Below, one piece after another: positions 40,882 through 50,564 of a stretch of DNA of 64,000 bases. The notes under the pieces are model-generated. The model saw only the letters and a program-made list of their open reading frames with translations, was not told the origin of the DNA and did not search any database. The stretch covers positions 192,001-256,000 of the forward strand of contig CAVXWP010000009.1 in NCBI GenBank assembly GCA_963765495.1, written 5' to 3'. The position numbers and the translations under genes were made by a program. How positions within the stretch are numbered: position 1 is the stretch's first letter; each line of letters starts with the position of its first letter. This DNA comes from Blastocatellia bacterium (lineage in GTDB: Bacteria > Acidobacteriota > Blastocatellia > UBA7656).

Positions 40882-42615
40882 GTGCAGAGACCGCTTACAG
40901 AAAGCGCTTCGCCTACAGACACCAAATCTTCCTCAAAGCAGGAGGCCGCCCCACTCGGCAGACTAGACATAATAGATGAGCCGCCGCCCGCTGCCAAGCG
41001 GTACTTTTACCTGTTGGCGGGGCTGTTAATCCTTTCGAGTCTGACGCTCTTTTTCGGCATCAATCGGCTCGCGCTCATAGGGCCGGATGAGCCCAGATAT
41101 GCCGAAGTTGCGCGCGAAATGTTCGCCACGGGCGATTACATAACGCCTCGATTGTGCGGATGCCCGTGGTTTGAAAAACCTGCCCTGCTCTACTGGATGG
41201 CAGCCGGGGCCTATCACCTGTTCGGCGTAGGAGAATTTGCCGCGCGCTTTCCGGCGGCGTTTTCGGCGCTGGCGCTGGCGCTCTTCCTATGCTTTGCGCT
41301 GTGGCGCTGTGCGAGCCCCAGATTCGGCCTGATCGTTTCGCTCGTGCTTGCAACAAGCGGGCTATTTATAGGGTACGCACATGCCTGCAACCCGGACATG
41401 CTGCTTACGGCAACAATGGGACTGGCGCTCGTCGCGGGATATATGTCTACGCTTGAAAGCGGGCGCGTCCGTACAGGTTACTGGGCCTTATGCTGGGCAG
41501 GAATCGGAGCGGCAATGCTTGCCAAAGGGCTGATCGGGATAGTCTTGCCGGTCGCGATTTTTGGATTATATCTGTTGCTCTCGGGACGACTCTCGCGCAC
41601 AAGGTGGTGGCACTGGCCGGCAGGGCTTGCTATCTCAGTTGCAGTCGCATCGGTCTGGTATCTTCCTGTTACGCTCAGCAACGGATGGGATTTTATAAAC
41701 GAGTTTTTCATAAAACATCATTTCCGCCGCTATCTGACAAACGAGTACGGCCACCCGCAGCCGGTCTATTTTTACCTCTTTATCGTGTTTGCCGGGGCGC
41801 TGCCGTGGACTTTTTTCCTGATCCCGGCGCTCGGGCGGCTGCGCGCCCTTGCGCCCCGAAAATGTGAGCGTGATTCGCTGCTGCTGCTGGCCTGGCTCTG
41901 GGTAGCGGTCCCTCTGGTATTTTTCTCTTTTTCGCGATCAAAACTGCCCGGCTATATCCTGCCCGTCTTTCCTGCGATGGCGATCATTCTGGGCGTTGAG
42001 GTAGAGCGATTCTGGCAGGGCGAGCGGAGCAAATCTCTAAAAGCGGGGGCGGGGCTTACCGCCCTGATGTTGATTCTGATCGGCGCGGCATTTATCTGGT
42101 ATCTCAAAAAAGAAGCGATCAATCCGACAGGGTTGGAAAATGCGCTTTGCTGGTTGCCGCTAGCCGTGGGACTGATCGCTGCTGCAATGCTCGTCTCGGC
42201 GCGAAGACGAGCCTTTGTCGTCGGCACGACCGTAGTAATATCAAGCCTGATCTTTTCATCGTCGATTCTATTATTTCCGGCGCTTGAGAATGAGTTGAGC
42301 CTGAAATCGCTTTCGCTTCAAGCGGCTGCGGCGCTTCAACCGGGTGAGAAAATCGCCTTCTATGTCAAAAAGGAATTCGCCCCCGTCTTTTACGCCGAAG
42401 GCCGCGTGGTATGCGGCGTAGGCGATGACAATGTACTGAATGCTTTGGACCCGACCCTGCTTGCCGAAGCCTTGCAGGTCCATCCCGGTTTGATAGTGAT
42501 CACTCCGACAAGATGGGTAATCGATCTTAAAAACGATAAAAGATTTGAGACTGAATTGATCGGGACACAGGATGATATAAACGCGATCAGATTGCGGTTG
42601 AAACCAAAAGACTGA
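40882..42615 (+). CDS. ArnT/PMT-like GT-C glycosyltransferase
   Basis: PDEPRYAEVAREM, FEKPALLYW, AKGLIG, SKLPGYILP and many TM segments. Confidence 0.9.
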   Translation: MQRPLTESASPTDTKSSSKQEAAPLGRLDIIDEPPPAAKRYFYLLAGLLILSSLTLFFGINRLALIGPDEPRYAEVAREMFATGDYITPRLCGCPWFEKPALLYWMAAGAYHLFGVGEFAARFPAAFSALALALFLCFALWRCASPRFGLIVSLVLATSGLFIGYAHACNPDMLLTATMGLALVAGYMSTLESGRVRTGYWALCWAGIGAAMLAKGLIGIVLPVAIFGLYLLLSGRLSRTRWWHWPAGLAISVAVASVWYLPVTLSNGWDFINEFFIKHHFRRYLTNEYGHPQPVYFYLFIVFAGALPWTFFLIPALGRLRALAPRKCERDSLLLLAWLWVAVPLVFFSFSRSKLPGYILPVFPAMAIILGVEVERFWQGERSKSLKAGAGLTALMLILIGAAFIWYLKKEAINPTGLENALCWLPLAVGLIAAAMLVSARRRAFVVGTTVVISSLIFSSSILLFPALENELSLKSLSLQAAAALQPGEKIAFYVKKEFAPVFYAEGRVVCGVGDDNVLNALDPTLLAEALQVHPGLIVITPTRWVIDLKNDKRFETELIGTQDDINAIRLRLKPKD

Positions 42616-42643
42616 AATCCCAAATCCGAGATTTGAGATTTCA
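42615..42643. repeat. Short 7-nt-unit inverted repeat (AAATCC/TC / GAGATTT)
   Basis: Related copy at 47941-47964. Confidence 0.55.
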
Positions 42644-42673
42644 GCCAGGCCTTTATACAGGCTTTCCTATCGC

Positions 42674-43687
42674 TTACTTCATATTAGCCCGGGCCACGGG
42701 TCCGAGTTTCTCCGATGTGACCGGTATCGCCTGCTGAAAGAATGCCACCACGCGGGCATCATAATCGAGCGATGCCTTATCATAAAGACGGTTCACCCGG
42801 GTATTTTCGACTTCGATTATGGCCTTTTGTTCTTTGGCCTGATCGTGCAGTTCTCGCGTCATTTCCTCCTGCGGGCCGGAGTCCTTCGAGGTGATAAAGA
42901 GGATGCGCCTCCCGGTCGTAGAGGATAAGGCTTCCATAGCCGTTCCCGAATCCTCACGTCTCATGAAGTAAAGCTGCATCGCGAGTTCGTTCAATTTTTG
43001 CGTCCATTCGGAATCTACAAGTCGGCTCACCCATCCGTTGCCGCTTCCTACAAGCTGTTTGGTGCGAAAGTTGATAAAACGGGCCACGTCCGGGTAAACC
43101 GAATCAGCCACGACCGCCTTTACAACCGGGTCTTGCGACGAGGCCACGAGAGAAATGTATCCGCCAAGATCAACACCGTAAAGACCTACGCGCCCGTCAA
43201 GAAGCTCTTCCCCTTTGTCGGTCTTGAGCCCCTTGAGGAACTTTATCGCCGATAGCAGATCATCTTTTTCGTAGGTTCCAAGCCCCGACCATTTGACCGG
43301 GCTCTCACCGTGTCCGCGCATGTCGTAAACGAGTACGTGATAGCCCGCTTTCCACAGATCGAATGTCAGCGTAAGCAACTCCGAGCGATTAGAGCCGTAA
43401 CCATGAGAGAGTATTATTGCGGGCGCGGGCCGTCCCCGGCTCAAAAACCAGCCGACCGATTCCGTGGAATCCATGTTCTTCCACTTCTCATCGCTCCACA
43501 TCGGTTTTTGCAGTATCACTTGAAAATCACGCGGCGAGCCGTATAGCTCCGTCTTCGCCGGGTGCGCCAGCCGGTTCACAAGATAAAAATCCAGGGCGAC
43601 TACGCCTACACCGAGCACGAGCACGGCTGGGATAAAGACCCACATCACCCGCTTCAGGATGGTCTTCTTCTTCTTCGAAATAATCAT
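42674..43687 (-). CDS. Membrane-anchored alpha/beta hydrolase fold protein (nucleophile elbow GVDLGG)
   Basis: SHGYG, YDMRGHGES. Asp at the usual Ser position. Confidence 0.8.
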   Translation of the reverse strand: MIISKKKKTILKRVMWVFIPAVLVLGVGVVALDFYLVNRLAHPAKTELYGSPRDFQVILQKPMWSDEKWKNMDSTESVGWFLSRGRPAPAIILSHGYGSNRSELLTLTFDLWKAGYHVLVYDMRGHGESPVKWSGLGTYEKDDLLSAIKFLKGLKTDKGEELLDGRVGLYGVDLGGYISLVASSQDPVVKAVVADSVYPDVARFINFRTKQLVGSGNGWVSRLVDSEWTQKLNELAMQLYFMRREDSGTAMEALSSTTGRRILFITSKDSGPQEEMTRELHDQAKEQKAIIEVENTRVNRLYDKASLDYDARVVAFFQQAIPVTSEKLGPVARANMK

Positions 43688-43812
43688 AATTCTTAATTCA
43701 CGCGAGGCAGATGGAACAGGCAGGGGCAGGCTGATTTTATTGGAAGGTCACCCGAAAGAAGACCTCTCACACGGGTGAGTATAGCCTAGTCGTCGCTTTT
43801 TTCAATAGTTCT

Positions 43813-44523
43813 TTAGGCGGGCGGGCGGGCGGGCGGCGCAGACTCACCTTCGACCCAGACCGCACCGTCTTCGAAGTATTCCTTCTTCCAGATCGGGACT
43901 ATTTTCTTGAGCCGATCAATGGCGTACCGGCAGGCTTCAAATGCTACATTTCGGTGCGCGGAGGCCACTGTGATGACTACGCTCGACTCGCTTATCTCGA
44001 CGCGACCGAGACGATGAATTATGCCAAGCCGGTTGATGGGCCATTGCTCGCGCACTTCGCGCCCTATCTGCGCCATCGTGAGCAGGGCCATCTCCGTGTA
44101 GCCTTCGTATTCGAGATAAAGCGTAGCCCGCCCCTTTGTATTATCGCGAGCCACACCGTCAAATATCACGACTGCGCCCGATGGCCCCCTCACGAGCCTC
44201 GCCCTTAACCCCGGAATGTCAATCGGTTCGCGCGTGATCTCGAATATGTCTTCTTCGGCCTCCCCCCCGCTCACGGGGGGAAGTATCGCCAGCCGGTTGT
44301 TTTCAGCCAGAGGCTCGCTCCGAGAAGCATACTCTTCGTTTACCGCAAACAACAGACTCTCTTCCATAGCGGCAAGTTTAGGGTGGCGAGATTTGAGCGC
44401 GGCAAAGGCTGTCGCAACCGTGGCAGGTTGTTCAAGCTCAAGCTCAAGGCTCTCGGCCCCGGCCATCTCTCGCGCCTGCCCGAATAAAAGAACGGTGACC
44501 TTTATGCTGTTTGTCGTTGTCAT
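43813..44523 (-). CDS. moaX: MoaD-MoaE fusion molybdopterin synthase (MoaX type)
   Basis: MoaD part ends ILPPVSGG. MoaE motifs GAVVIFDG, LEYEGY, HRLG, SAHR, LKKIVPIWKKE. Confidence 0.92.
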   Translation of the reverse strand: MTTTNSIKVTVLLFGQAREMAGAESLELELEQPATVATAFAALKSRHPKLAAMEESLLFAVNEEYASRSEPLAENNRLAILPPVSGGEAEEDIFEITREPIDIPGLRARLVRGPSGAVVIFDGVARDNTKGRATLYLEYEGYTEMALLTMAQIGREVREQWPINRLGIIHRLGRVEISESSVVITVASAHRNVAFEACRYAIDRLKKIVPIWKKEYFEDGAVWVEGESAPPARPPA

Positions 44524-44535
44524 ATTTCCCTGCCC

Positions 44536-44637
44536 GTGATGCGTGATGCGTGAAGAGTGATGCGTGACTTTCAGGAAGTTTGCCGGTTAAACCGACTTGC
44601 AAGTCTGGTAAATCACCAATCACGTATCACTCTTCAC
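44536..44637. repeat. 7-nt-unit inverted repeat element (GTGAT[TG]C)n...(GAATCAC)n
   Basis: Same family at 50427, 58471 and 63583. Confidence 0.85.
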
Positions 44638-44638
44638 T

Positions 44639-45055
44639 TCAATCCTCTCCTACAATAGTTATCGCAATATCTTCGACGTTCAAGCCCGCGATTTTGAAAG
44701 CGCGAAGCTCGACTCTCGGCTCAAGCGAGAGGATGAAATAGTATGCCTCCGGGTAAAAGGCCATCTGAACGTCGGCCGCCGAGGGGTATGCCAGGGTGCG
44801 CGGATGGGAATGATATATGCCAAGCATTCTCTGACCCGCGTTGCGAATCGTTCGCATGGCGGCAAACAAATCCTCGGGCGAGGCGAAATATTTGGACTCT
44901 CGCCGCTCGGCCTCGTTGCGAAGCGGGTGCGCTTCCGTAATAACCCCATCGCGCCCGCTCAACAGACCGCAACACTCAAAAGGACGAGCCTCGAAGGCGT
45001 GCTCTCTTATAGCGCCCTCCACTCTGCTTGTTATGCTGATTGATAACCGACTCAC
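44639..45055 (-). CDS. JAMM/MPN+ (M67, Mec-like) metalloprotease
   Basis: PFECCGLL and YHSHPRTLAYPSAAD (E...HxH-x7-SxxD). Confidence 0.92.
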   Translation of the reverse strand: MSRLSISITSRVEGAIREHAFEARPFECCGLLSGRDGVITEAHPLRNEAERRESKYFASPEDLFAAMRTIRNAGQRMLGIYHSHPRTLAYPSAADVQMAFYPEAYYFILSLEPRVELRAFKIAGLNVEDIAITIVGED

Positions 45056-45140
45056 GCGCCCTTCGGCCTCCTACAAAATCTTACCTGATCTCTCCCGCAC
45101 ATTCTATCACGACCCTTTACCATTTTTTTCGGAACCGAAG

Positions 45141-45184
45141 TACGAAGATTTTCGTTGACAAATACGAAACGTTTCGTGTAGGCT
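45141..45184 (+). promoter_or_regulatory. sigma70 promoter with two palindromic operators (probable BlaI-family sites)
   Basis: TTGACA 45155-45160 and TAGGCT 45179-45184. TACGAA-N4-TTCGT at 45141-45155 and 45163-45177, 22 bp apart. Confidence 0.75.
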
Positions 45185-45220
45185 GGGTGGCAACAAAAAT
45201 CAGACTAAGGAGGCTCTAAG

Positions 45221-45610
45221 GTGAGCAGACGAAACCCGCCGAGGCCGACCGACGCAGAGCTGGCCATATTGCGAGTGTTATGGCAGCGCGGCCCAAGCAC
45301 AGTCCGGGATGTACAGGAAGAGTTAAATCAGGTGAGACCCACCGGGTACACTACGGTCCTAAAGCTGTTGCAAATCATGACGGAGAAACAGCTGGTTCGT
45401 CGCGACGAGCGCCAGAGGACACATATCTATCAGGCGCGGCTGTCGGAAGAGATGACACAGCAGCAACTGGTAGGCGATTTGCTCGACAGGGCTTTTGGAG
45501 GGTCGGCATCTCAGCTTGTCATGCAGGCGCTCGCCGCAAGGAGCGCATCGGCCGAAGAGGTGGCCGAGATACGGCAGCTTCTGAGCGAGCTTGAAGGAGG
45601 CGCAAAGTGA
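45221..45610 (+). CDS. BlaI/MecI/CopY-family repressor
   Basis: PTDAELAILRVLWQRGPSTVRDV, YTTVLKLLQIM, FGGSASQLV. Confidence 0.95.
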   Translation: MSRRNPPRPTDAELAILRVLWQRGPSTVRDVQEELNQVRPTGYTTVLKLLQIMTEKQLVRRDERQRTHIYQARLSEEMTQQQLVGDLLDRAFGGSASQLVMQALAARSASAEEVAEIRQLLSELEGGAK

Positions 45611-47754
45611 ATATGATCGAAACCATTATGGCGCACCCGACCGTGCAGGCTTTGGGCTGGGCCTTGCTGCATTTCATCTGGCAGGGGGCCGTGGTGGCAA
45701 CTCTTTCAGCAGGCATCATGACATTATTGCGGCACCGCTCGGCCAATTCGAGGTATTTGACCGCTGTTGCGGCGATGCTTTTGATGCTGGCTCTGCCGGT
45801 AGTTACGTTTTTCCTGCTGAGCGCGCCTTCTCAAAAACCGTCCGCTGAAATCACTCCTCTCATCTCGGATGAAAACATTATGTTGCCCGCTCCTTCGGTG
45901 AGCGAGATCGCTTCCGGGCAACAGATGACCTCTATGCCTGCGCTTTCGCGTCCCTGGTTGGAGATGATGTATGGGCGAATCGAGCCGGTGTTGCCGTCAC
46001 TGATAACGATCTGGCTTTTGGGCGTGCTTCTGCTTTCGCTCAGATTGCTGGGCGGTTGGATAAACGCGCAATACATAAAGAGGCGACGTTCGCGCCCCGT
46101 GGACTCTGAATGGCAGGAGCGGCTCAAATATCTGACCCGAAAGCTTGGAATAAGCCGAACCGTGAGTATGGTTGAATCATTTCTGGTGCAGGTGCCGACC
46201 GTCATAGGCTGGCTGCGCCCGGTAATACTGTTGCCCGCGAGCGCCCTCACAGGTCTGACCGCAGAACAACTGGAGGCGATACTCGCGCACGAACTCGCTC
46301 ACATCCGCCGTCACGATTATCTGATAAACCTTTTGCAGACGGTCATAGAAACGCTGCTTTTCTATCATCCGGCGGTCTGGTGGGTCTCGCATCGCATGCG
46401 GGTCGAACGCGAGAATAGCTGCGATGACGTAGCGGTCGCCCTCTGCGGAGACGTGTTGACATATGCTCGCGCTCTGACCGAGCTCGAGCAGCTTCGCAGC
46501 AACGGGCCGCAACTGGCCGTAGCTGCAACCGGAGGTGTTCTCTTGAATCGTATCCGCCGCCTTGCAGGCATCCCCTCCTCGCATTCGAATCGTTTCCCCG
46601 GCCTCTTTGCGGGGCTCATCGTAATCTCGGCGCTCGTCACAGTAGCCACGGGCGCGCACATGACTATAGTTGCTACCGAAGCAATTACTCCCGACCCGGC
46701 AACTCTTTCACAATCGGAATCTTCCCGCGCAACAAGAGAGAAGGTAGAGCAAAAGATAGCAGCCGCGATAAATCAGAAGCTCTCTTCCGAGAAGACCGAC
46801 GCGCAGTCCGAAGAGATCAGAACAAAAGCAGAACTCGCGGCGGCAAACGCCGTCAAAGTCGGGATGACCGAAGCGGAAATAGCTACGGCGGTCGAAACAG
46901 CCGTACAGGCCGTCCTGGCAGATGAAAAGGATTCCGACTCGGATGAAAATGATGTTGAAAACGATAATGAAACCGATCAGGAGCCTTCGCCCGAAAAACA
47001 GGATCAGAAGAATCGCATCGTGGAGGCTTTTATCGGCGCTCTAAAGGACGAAGACGCAAACGTCCGCGCGCAGGCAGCCTCGGCGCTTGGGTCGAGCAGG
47101 GACAAGCGCGCGGTCGATCCTCTGATCGCGGTCCTGAATGATCAGAGCCCACATGTGAGGATGCAGGCGGCATCTTCACTCGGCGATATCAAGGACTCGC
47201 GCGCGGTCGCCCCTCTCATTGCCGCGTTAAAAGATGAAGACGCAAACGTTCGCATGCAGGCCGCCTCATCGCTCGGCGACATCAGAGACAAGAGCGCCGT
47301 AGAAGGATTGATGGCTGCCTTAAAGGACGAGAATGCAAACGTTCGCATGCAGGCCGCTTCGGCCCTCGGAGATTTGAGGGATGCTCGCGCCGCTGACGCG
47401 CTGGTCCTTGCTTTGAAGGATGCCAGTCCAAACGTCAGGCTACAGGCAGCCTCGGCGCTCGGAGACTTGAGAGACTCGCGCGCCGTTGACGGCCTGCTGA
47501 TCGCGTTGAAGGATGAAAACGCAAACGTTCGCATGCAGGCCGCTTCGGCTCTGGGCGACCTGAGAGACGCACGCGCCGTAGAGCCTCTGATCACGGCCTT
47601 GAAAGATCAGAATCCGAACGTACGGATGCAGGCGGCGTCCGCGCTCGGAGACCTGAGAGATGGTCGAGCGGTTGATGCCTTGATCGCGGCTCTGAAAGAC
47701 GAAAACGCCAATGTCAGACGACAGGCAGCTTCCGCGCTTTCGGATATTAAATAA
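45607..47754 (+). CDS. BlaR1-like M56 metallopeptidase with C-terminal HEAT repeats
   Basis: LGWALLHFIWQG, GWLRPVILLP, AHELAHIRRHD, ERENSCDD, TM, acidic linker, then eight 31-aa repeats. GTGA overlap with the repressor gene. Confidence 0.93.
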   Translation: MNMIETIMAHPTVQALGWALLHFIWQGAVVATLSAGIMTLLRHRSANSRYLTAVAAMLLMLALPVVTFFLLSAPSQKPSAEITPLISDENIMLPAPSVSEIASGQQMTSMPALSRPWLEMMYGRIEPVLPSLITIWLLGVLLLSLRLLGGWINAQYIKRRRSRPVDSEWQERLKYLTRKLGISRTVSMVESFLVQVPTVIGWLRPVILLPASALTGLTAEQLEAILAHELAHIRRHDYLINLLQTVIETLLFYHPAVWWVSHRMRVERENSCDDVAVALCGDVLTYARALTELEQLRSNGPQLAVAATGGVLLNRIRRLAGIPSSHSNRFPGLFAGLIVISALVTVATGAHMTIVATEAITPDPATLSQSESSRATREKVEQKIAAAINQKLSSEKTDAQSEEIRTKAELAAANAVKVGMTEAEIATAVETAVQAVLADEKDSDSDENDVENDNETDQEPSPEKQDQKNRIVEAFIGALKDEDANVRAQAASALGSSRDKRAVDPLIAVLNDQSPHVRMQAASSLGDIKDSRAVAPLIAALKDEDANVRMQAASSLGDIRDKSAVEGLMAALKDENANVRMQAASALGDLRDARAADALVLALKDASPNVRLQAASALGDLRDSRAVDGLLIALKDENANVRMQAASALGDLRDARAVEPLITALKDQNPNVRMQAASALGDLRDGRAVDALIAALKDENANVRRQAASALSDIK
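47041..47751 (+). repeat. 93-bp coding tandem repeats (HEAT units)
   Basis: LKDENANVRMQAASALGDLRD-type unit x8. Confidence 0.9.
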
Positions 47755-47761
47755 GAAGCCG

Positions 47762-47784
47762 GAATCGGTCTTCGCGGCCGATTC
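47762..47784 (+). terminator. Hairpin after the M56 gene (weak terminator or stabiliser)
   Basis: GAATCGGTC-TTCGC-GGCCGATTC with no clean U-tract. Confidence 0.4.
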
Positions 47785-47991
47785 AAATTTAATTACGCTA
47801 TCACTGTTTTAGCCGAACACGGTTAATTTTTCGAAAAGTCCAAAAGCCGTACAAAATCGGTGAAAACCTTTTTGTGCGGCAGAAACAGATGACGACTTTC
47901 GCCGTCACTCAGGTGAGGTCTGTCCGCTCTCCGCTCTCGAATTTCAAATCTCAGATTTGAGATTACGGAACGGAGAAGCAAGGGGAAAACC

Positions 47992-50430
47992 ATGGAGACG
48001 CTGCTGCAAGACTTTCGTTATGGTTTTCGAACGCTTGTGAAAAACTCCGGCTTCACAGCGGTGGCGGTGCTTGCGCTCGCTCTCGGTATCGGAGCAAATA
48101 CGGCGATCTTCAGCGTAGTCAACAGGGTGCTGCTCCGGCCTTTGCCTTATGAAAATCCCGATCAACTCGTGATGATATGGGAGAGAAATCTTTCCGGCGA
48201 TCAGAAACAGAGTCAGGATTCGCCCGTTACCTTTACCGACTGGAAAGAGCAACATCAGATATTCGAAAAGATAGCCGGGTGGTGGTATCCGCAGATCAAT
48301 CTGACAGATCAGACGGGCGAGCCCGAGCGCGTCCGCACGATAGATACCACGGATGATTTCTTCTCGGTGCTTGGGGTCCAGCCTCTTCTGGGGCGCACAT
48401 TCCTGCCCGGAGAGGACCGCCCCGGCGGCGAGAGTCTGGCCGTTCTCAGCTACGACCTGTGGCAGCGCAGATTTGGCGCGGACCCGAATATCACAGGCAA
48501 ATCAGTCACGCTCGACGGGCGCTCTCATCAGGTGATTGGAGTGATGCCTGCGGGGTTCAACTTCCCCGAAAATACACAGGTCTGGCGACCGCTCGGATGG
48601 GACCCGGCCCGTCACATCAGAAGCGCGCGCTTCTTTGAAGTAGTTGCGCGACTGAAGCCCGGCGTGACCGTTGAACGCGCTCAATCGGAACTTGACGCGC
48701 TGGCCGGTCGCATCGAACAGGAATACCCGCAGACAAATACCGGCTGGGGTGTCTTTGTCATAACGCTTCACAACCAGATCGCGGGCAATTTCCGCATCGC
48801 ACTGTTTATTCTTTTGGGAGCCGTCTCTCTTGTGCTGTTGATAGCCTGCGCAAACGTCGCAAATCTGCTGCTTGCACGCGCCGGAGCCAGAGAGAAAGAA
48901 GTAGCGATTCGCCTTGCGCTCGGAGCCACTCGCCTCCGTCTTGTTCGTCAGCTTCTGACTGAAAGTATATTGCTTGCGATACTCGGCGGCGCGCTGGGGC
49001 TGCTTCTGGCATACGCCGGGGGCAATCTCTTGATGGCCGTCAATCCCATAGCCATTCCGCGTTTCGACGGGCTTCAGATCGACAGCCGGATGCTTGTCTT
49101 CACCATCGCTCTCACACTTTCGACCGGGCTGATATTCGGCATAGTTCCCGCCTTGCTGACATCAGGGGCAGACCTGAATCAGACGCTCAAAGAAGGCGGG
49201 CGGGATTCGAGAGCAGGCGCGAGCGGTCGTCGCGTGCGCGGGGCTCTCGTGGTCTCTGAGATAGCAATCGCCCTGATGCTGTTGATCGGGGCGGGGCTTT
49301 TGCTGAAGAGTTTCCTTCGCCTTGAGCAGACCGAGACGGGCTTCAATCCGTCAGGTCTTCTGACTCTGAATTTGCAACTGCCCGCGTCGAGCTACCCCGA
49401 GTGGCCTCAGGTAGCGGAATTCTATTCGCAGCTACTCGAACGGATCAAGACTATACCCGGCGTCGAATCAGCCGACGCGACGGCCTTCCTCCCGTTGGAC
49501 AAGGGCTGGCCCATCGCGTTTGAAATCCCCGGCCAACCGCCTCCGCAACCCGGCGAAGAACAGCGTGTGCAATATCATCAGGTGACGCCGGGCTACTTCG
49601 GCACCATGGGAATACCCTTGCTTGCCGGGCGCGAATTCCGAGAGCAGGAAGCTGCCTCGCGCCCCGGCGTAGTCATAATCAATGAGGCGATGGCGCAAAG
49701 GTACTGGCCCGATGAAAAACCCGTGGGCAAACACCTTATAAACAGGGCAAGGGCAATCGGGCCTCTTGCCCGATACCTGCCCGAGTCCTTTGATATCGAA
49801 GTAGTGGGAATCGTGGGCAATCTTAAGAACCGGGGACTCAGCCAGGAGGCCGAACCCGCCATGTTTTTCCCACAGCGCCAGTTCGCCGTCAGGAGTATGA
49901 GTCTTGTCGTTCGGGCGGGAGGAAACCCTCTGTCGATTGTCGGCGCGGTGCGAAATGAAATCCGGGTGGCGGACAGGAATTTGCCCGTCTCAGGGATCAG
50001 GACGATGAATGAGGTTCTCGGAGACAGCACAGCCGAATCCCGGTTCAGTCTTCTCCTGCTCGGATTGTTTGCCGCGCTTGCGCTGATCCTTGCGATGGTG
50101 GGCATCTATGGCGTTCTCAGTTATTCGGTCACACAGCGCAAACACGAAATCGGTATTCGCATGGCACTGGGCGCAAGTCGTGGTGATGTCATGAAGCTGA
50201 TTCTCGGCGAAGGGTTCCGGCTTGCACTTCTGGGGACCGGCAGTGGCCTGATCGGAGCCCTTGCGTTGACCCGCGTGATGAGGAGCCTGCTTTTCGGTGT
50301 GAGCCCGGCCGACCTGACTACTTTTCTGGGCGTCTCGCTTTTACTTGGCGTAGTGGCGCTTCTGGCCTGTTATCTGCCCGCGCGCCGCGCCACTCGAATA
50401 GACCCTATGGTGGCGCTCAGATATGAGTGA
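47992..50430 (+). CDS. ADOP-type duplicated MacB/FtsX ABC permease
   Basis: [68 protein letters not shown]. Confidence 0.95.
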   Translation: METLLQDFRYGFRTLVKNSGFTAVAVLALALGIGANTAIFSVVNRVLLRPLPYENPDQLVMIWERNLSGDQKQSQDSPVTFTDWKEQHQIFEKIAGWWYPQINLTDQTGEPERVRTIDTTDDFFSVLGVQPLLGRTFLPGEDRPGGESLAVLSYDLWQRRFGADPNITGKSVTLDGRSHQVIGVMPAGFNFPENTQVWRPLGWDPARHIRSARFFEVVARLKPGVTVERAQSELDALAGRIEQEYPQTNTGWGVFVITLHNQIAGNFRIALFILLGAVSLVLLIACANVANLLLARAGAREKEVAIRLALGATRLRLVRQLLTESILLAILGGALGLLLAYAGGNLLMAVNPIAIPRFDGLQIDSRMLVFTIALTLSTGLIFGIVPALLTSGADLNQTLKEGGRDSRAGASGRRVRGALVVSEIAIALMLLIGAGLLLKSFLRLEQTETGFNPSGLLTLNLQLPASSYPEWPQVAEFYSQLLERIKTIPGVESADATAFLPLDKGWPIAFEIPGQPPPQPGEEQRVQYHQVTPGYFGTMGIPLLAGREFREQEAASRPGVVIINEAMAQRYWPDEKPVGKHLINRARAIGPLARYLPESFDIEVVGIVGNLKNRGLSQEAEPAMFFPQRQFAVRSMSLVVRAGGNPLSIVGAVRNEIRVADRNLPVSGIRTMNEVLGDSTAESRFSLLLLGLFAALALILAMVGIYGVLSYSVTQRKHEIGIRMALGASRGDVMKLILGEGFRLALLGTGSGLIGALALTRVMRSLLFGVSPADLTTFLGVSLLLGVVALLACYLPARRATRIDPMVALRYE

Positions 50431-50528
50431 TCCGTGATTCGTGAAGAGTGATTCGTGACTCCAGGCGAGCCCTCTTGTTAATGAAATGGAGCAGATCAGG
50501 AAATCACGAATCACGAATCACGGATCAC
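50427..50528. repeat. 7-nt-unit inverted repeat element
   Basis: GTGATTC units and GAATCAC units. The first unit contains the permease stop codon. Confidence 0.85.
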
Positions 50529-50564
50529 TGCTAACCCCAAATTTGAGATCGAAGGAGAGAGAAT

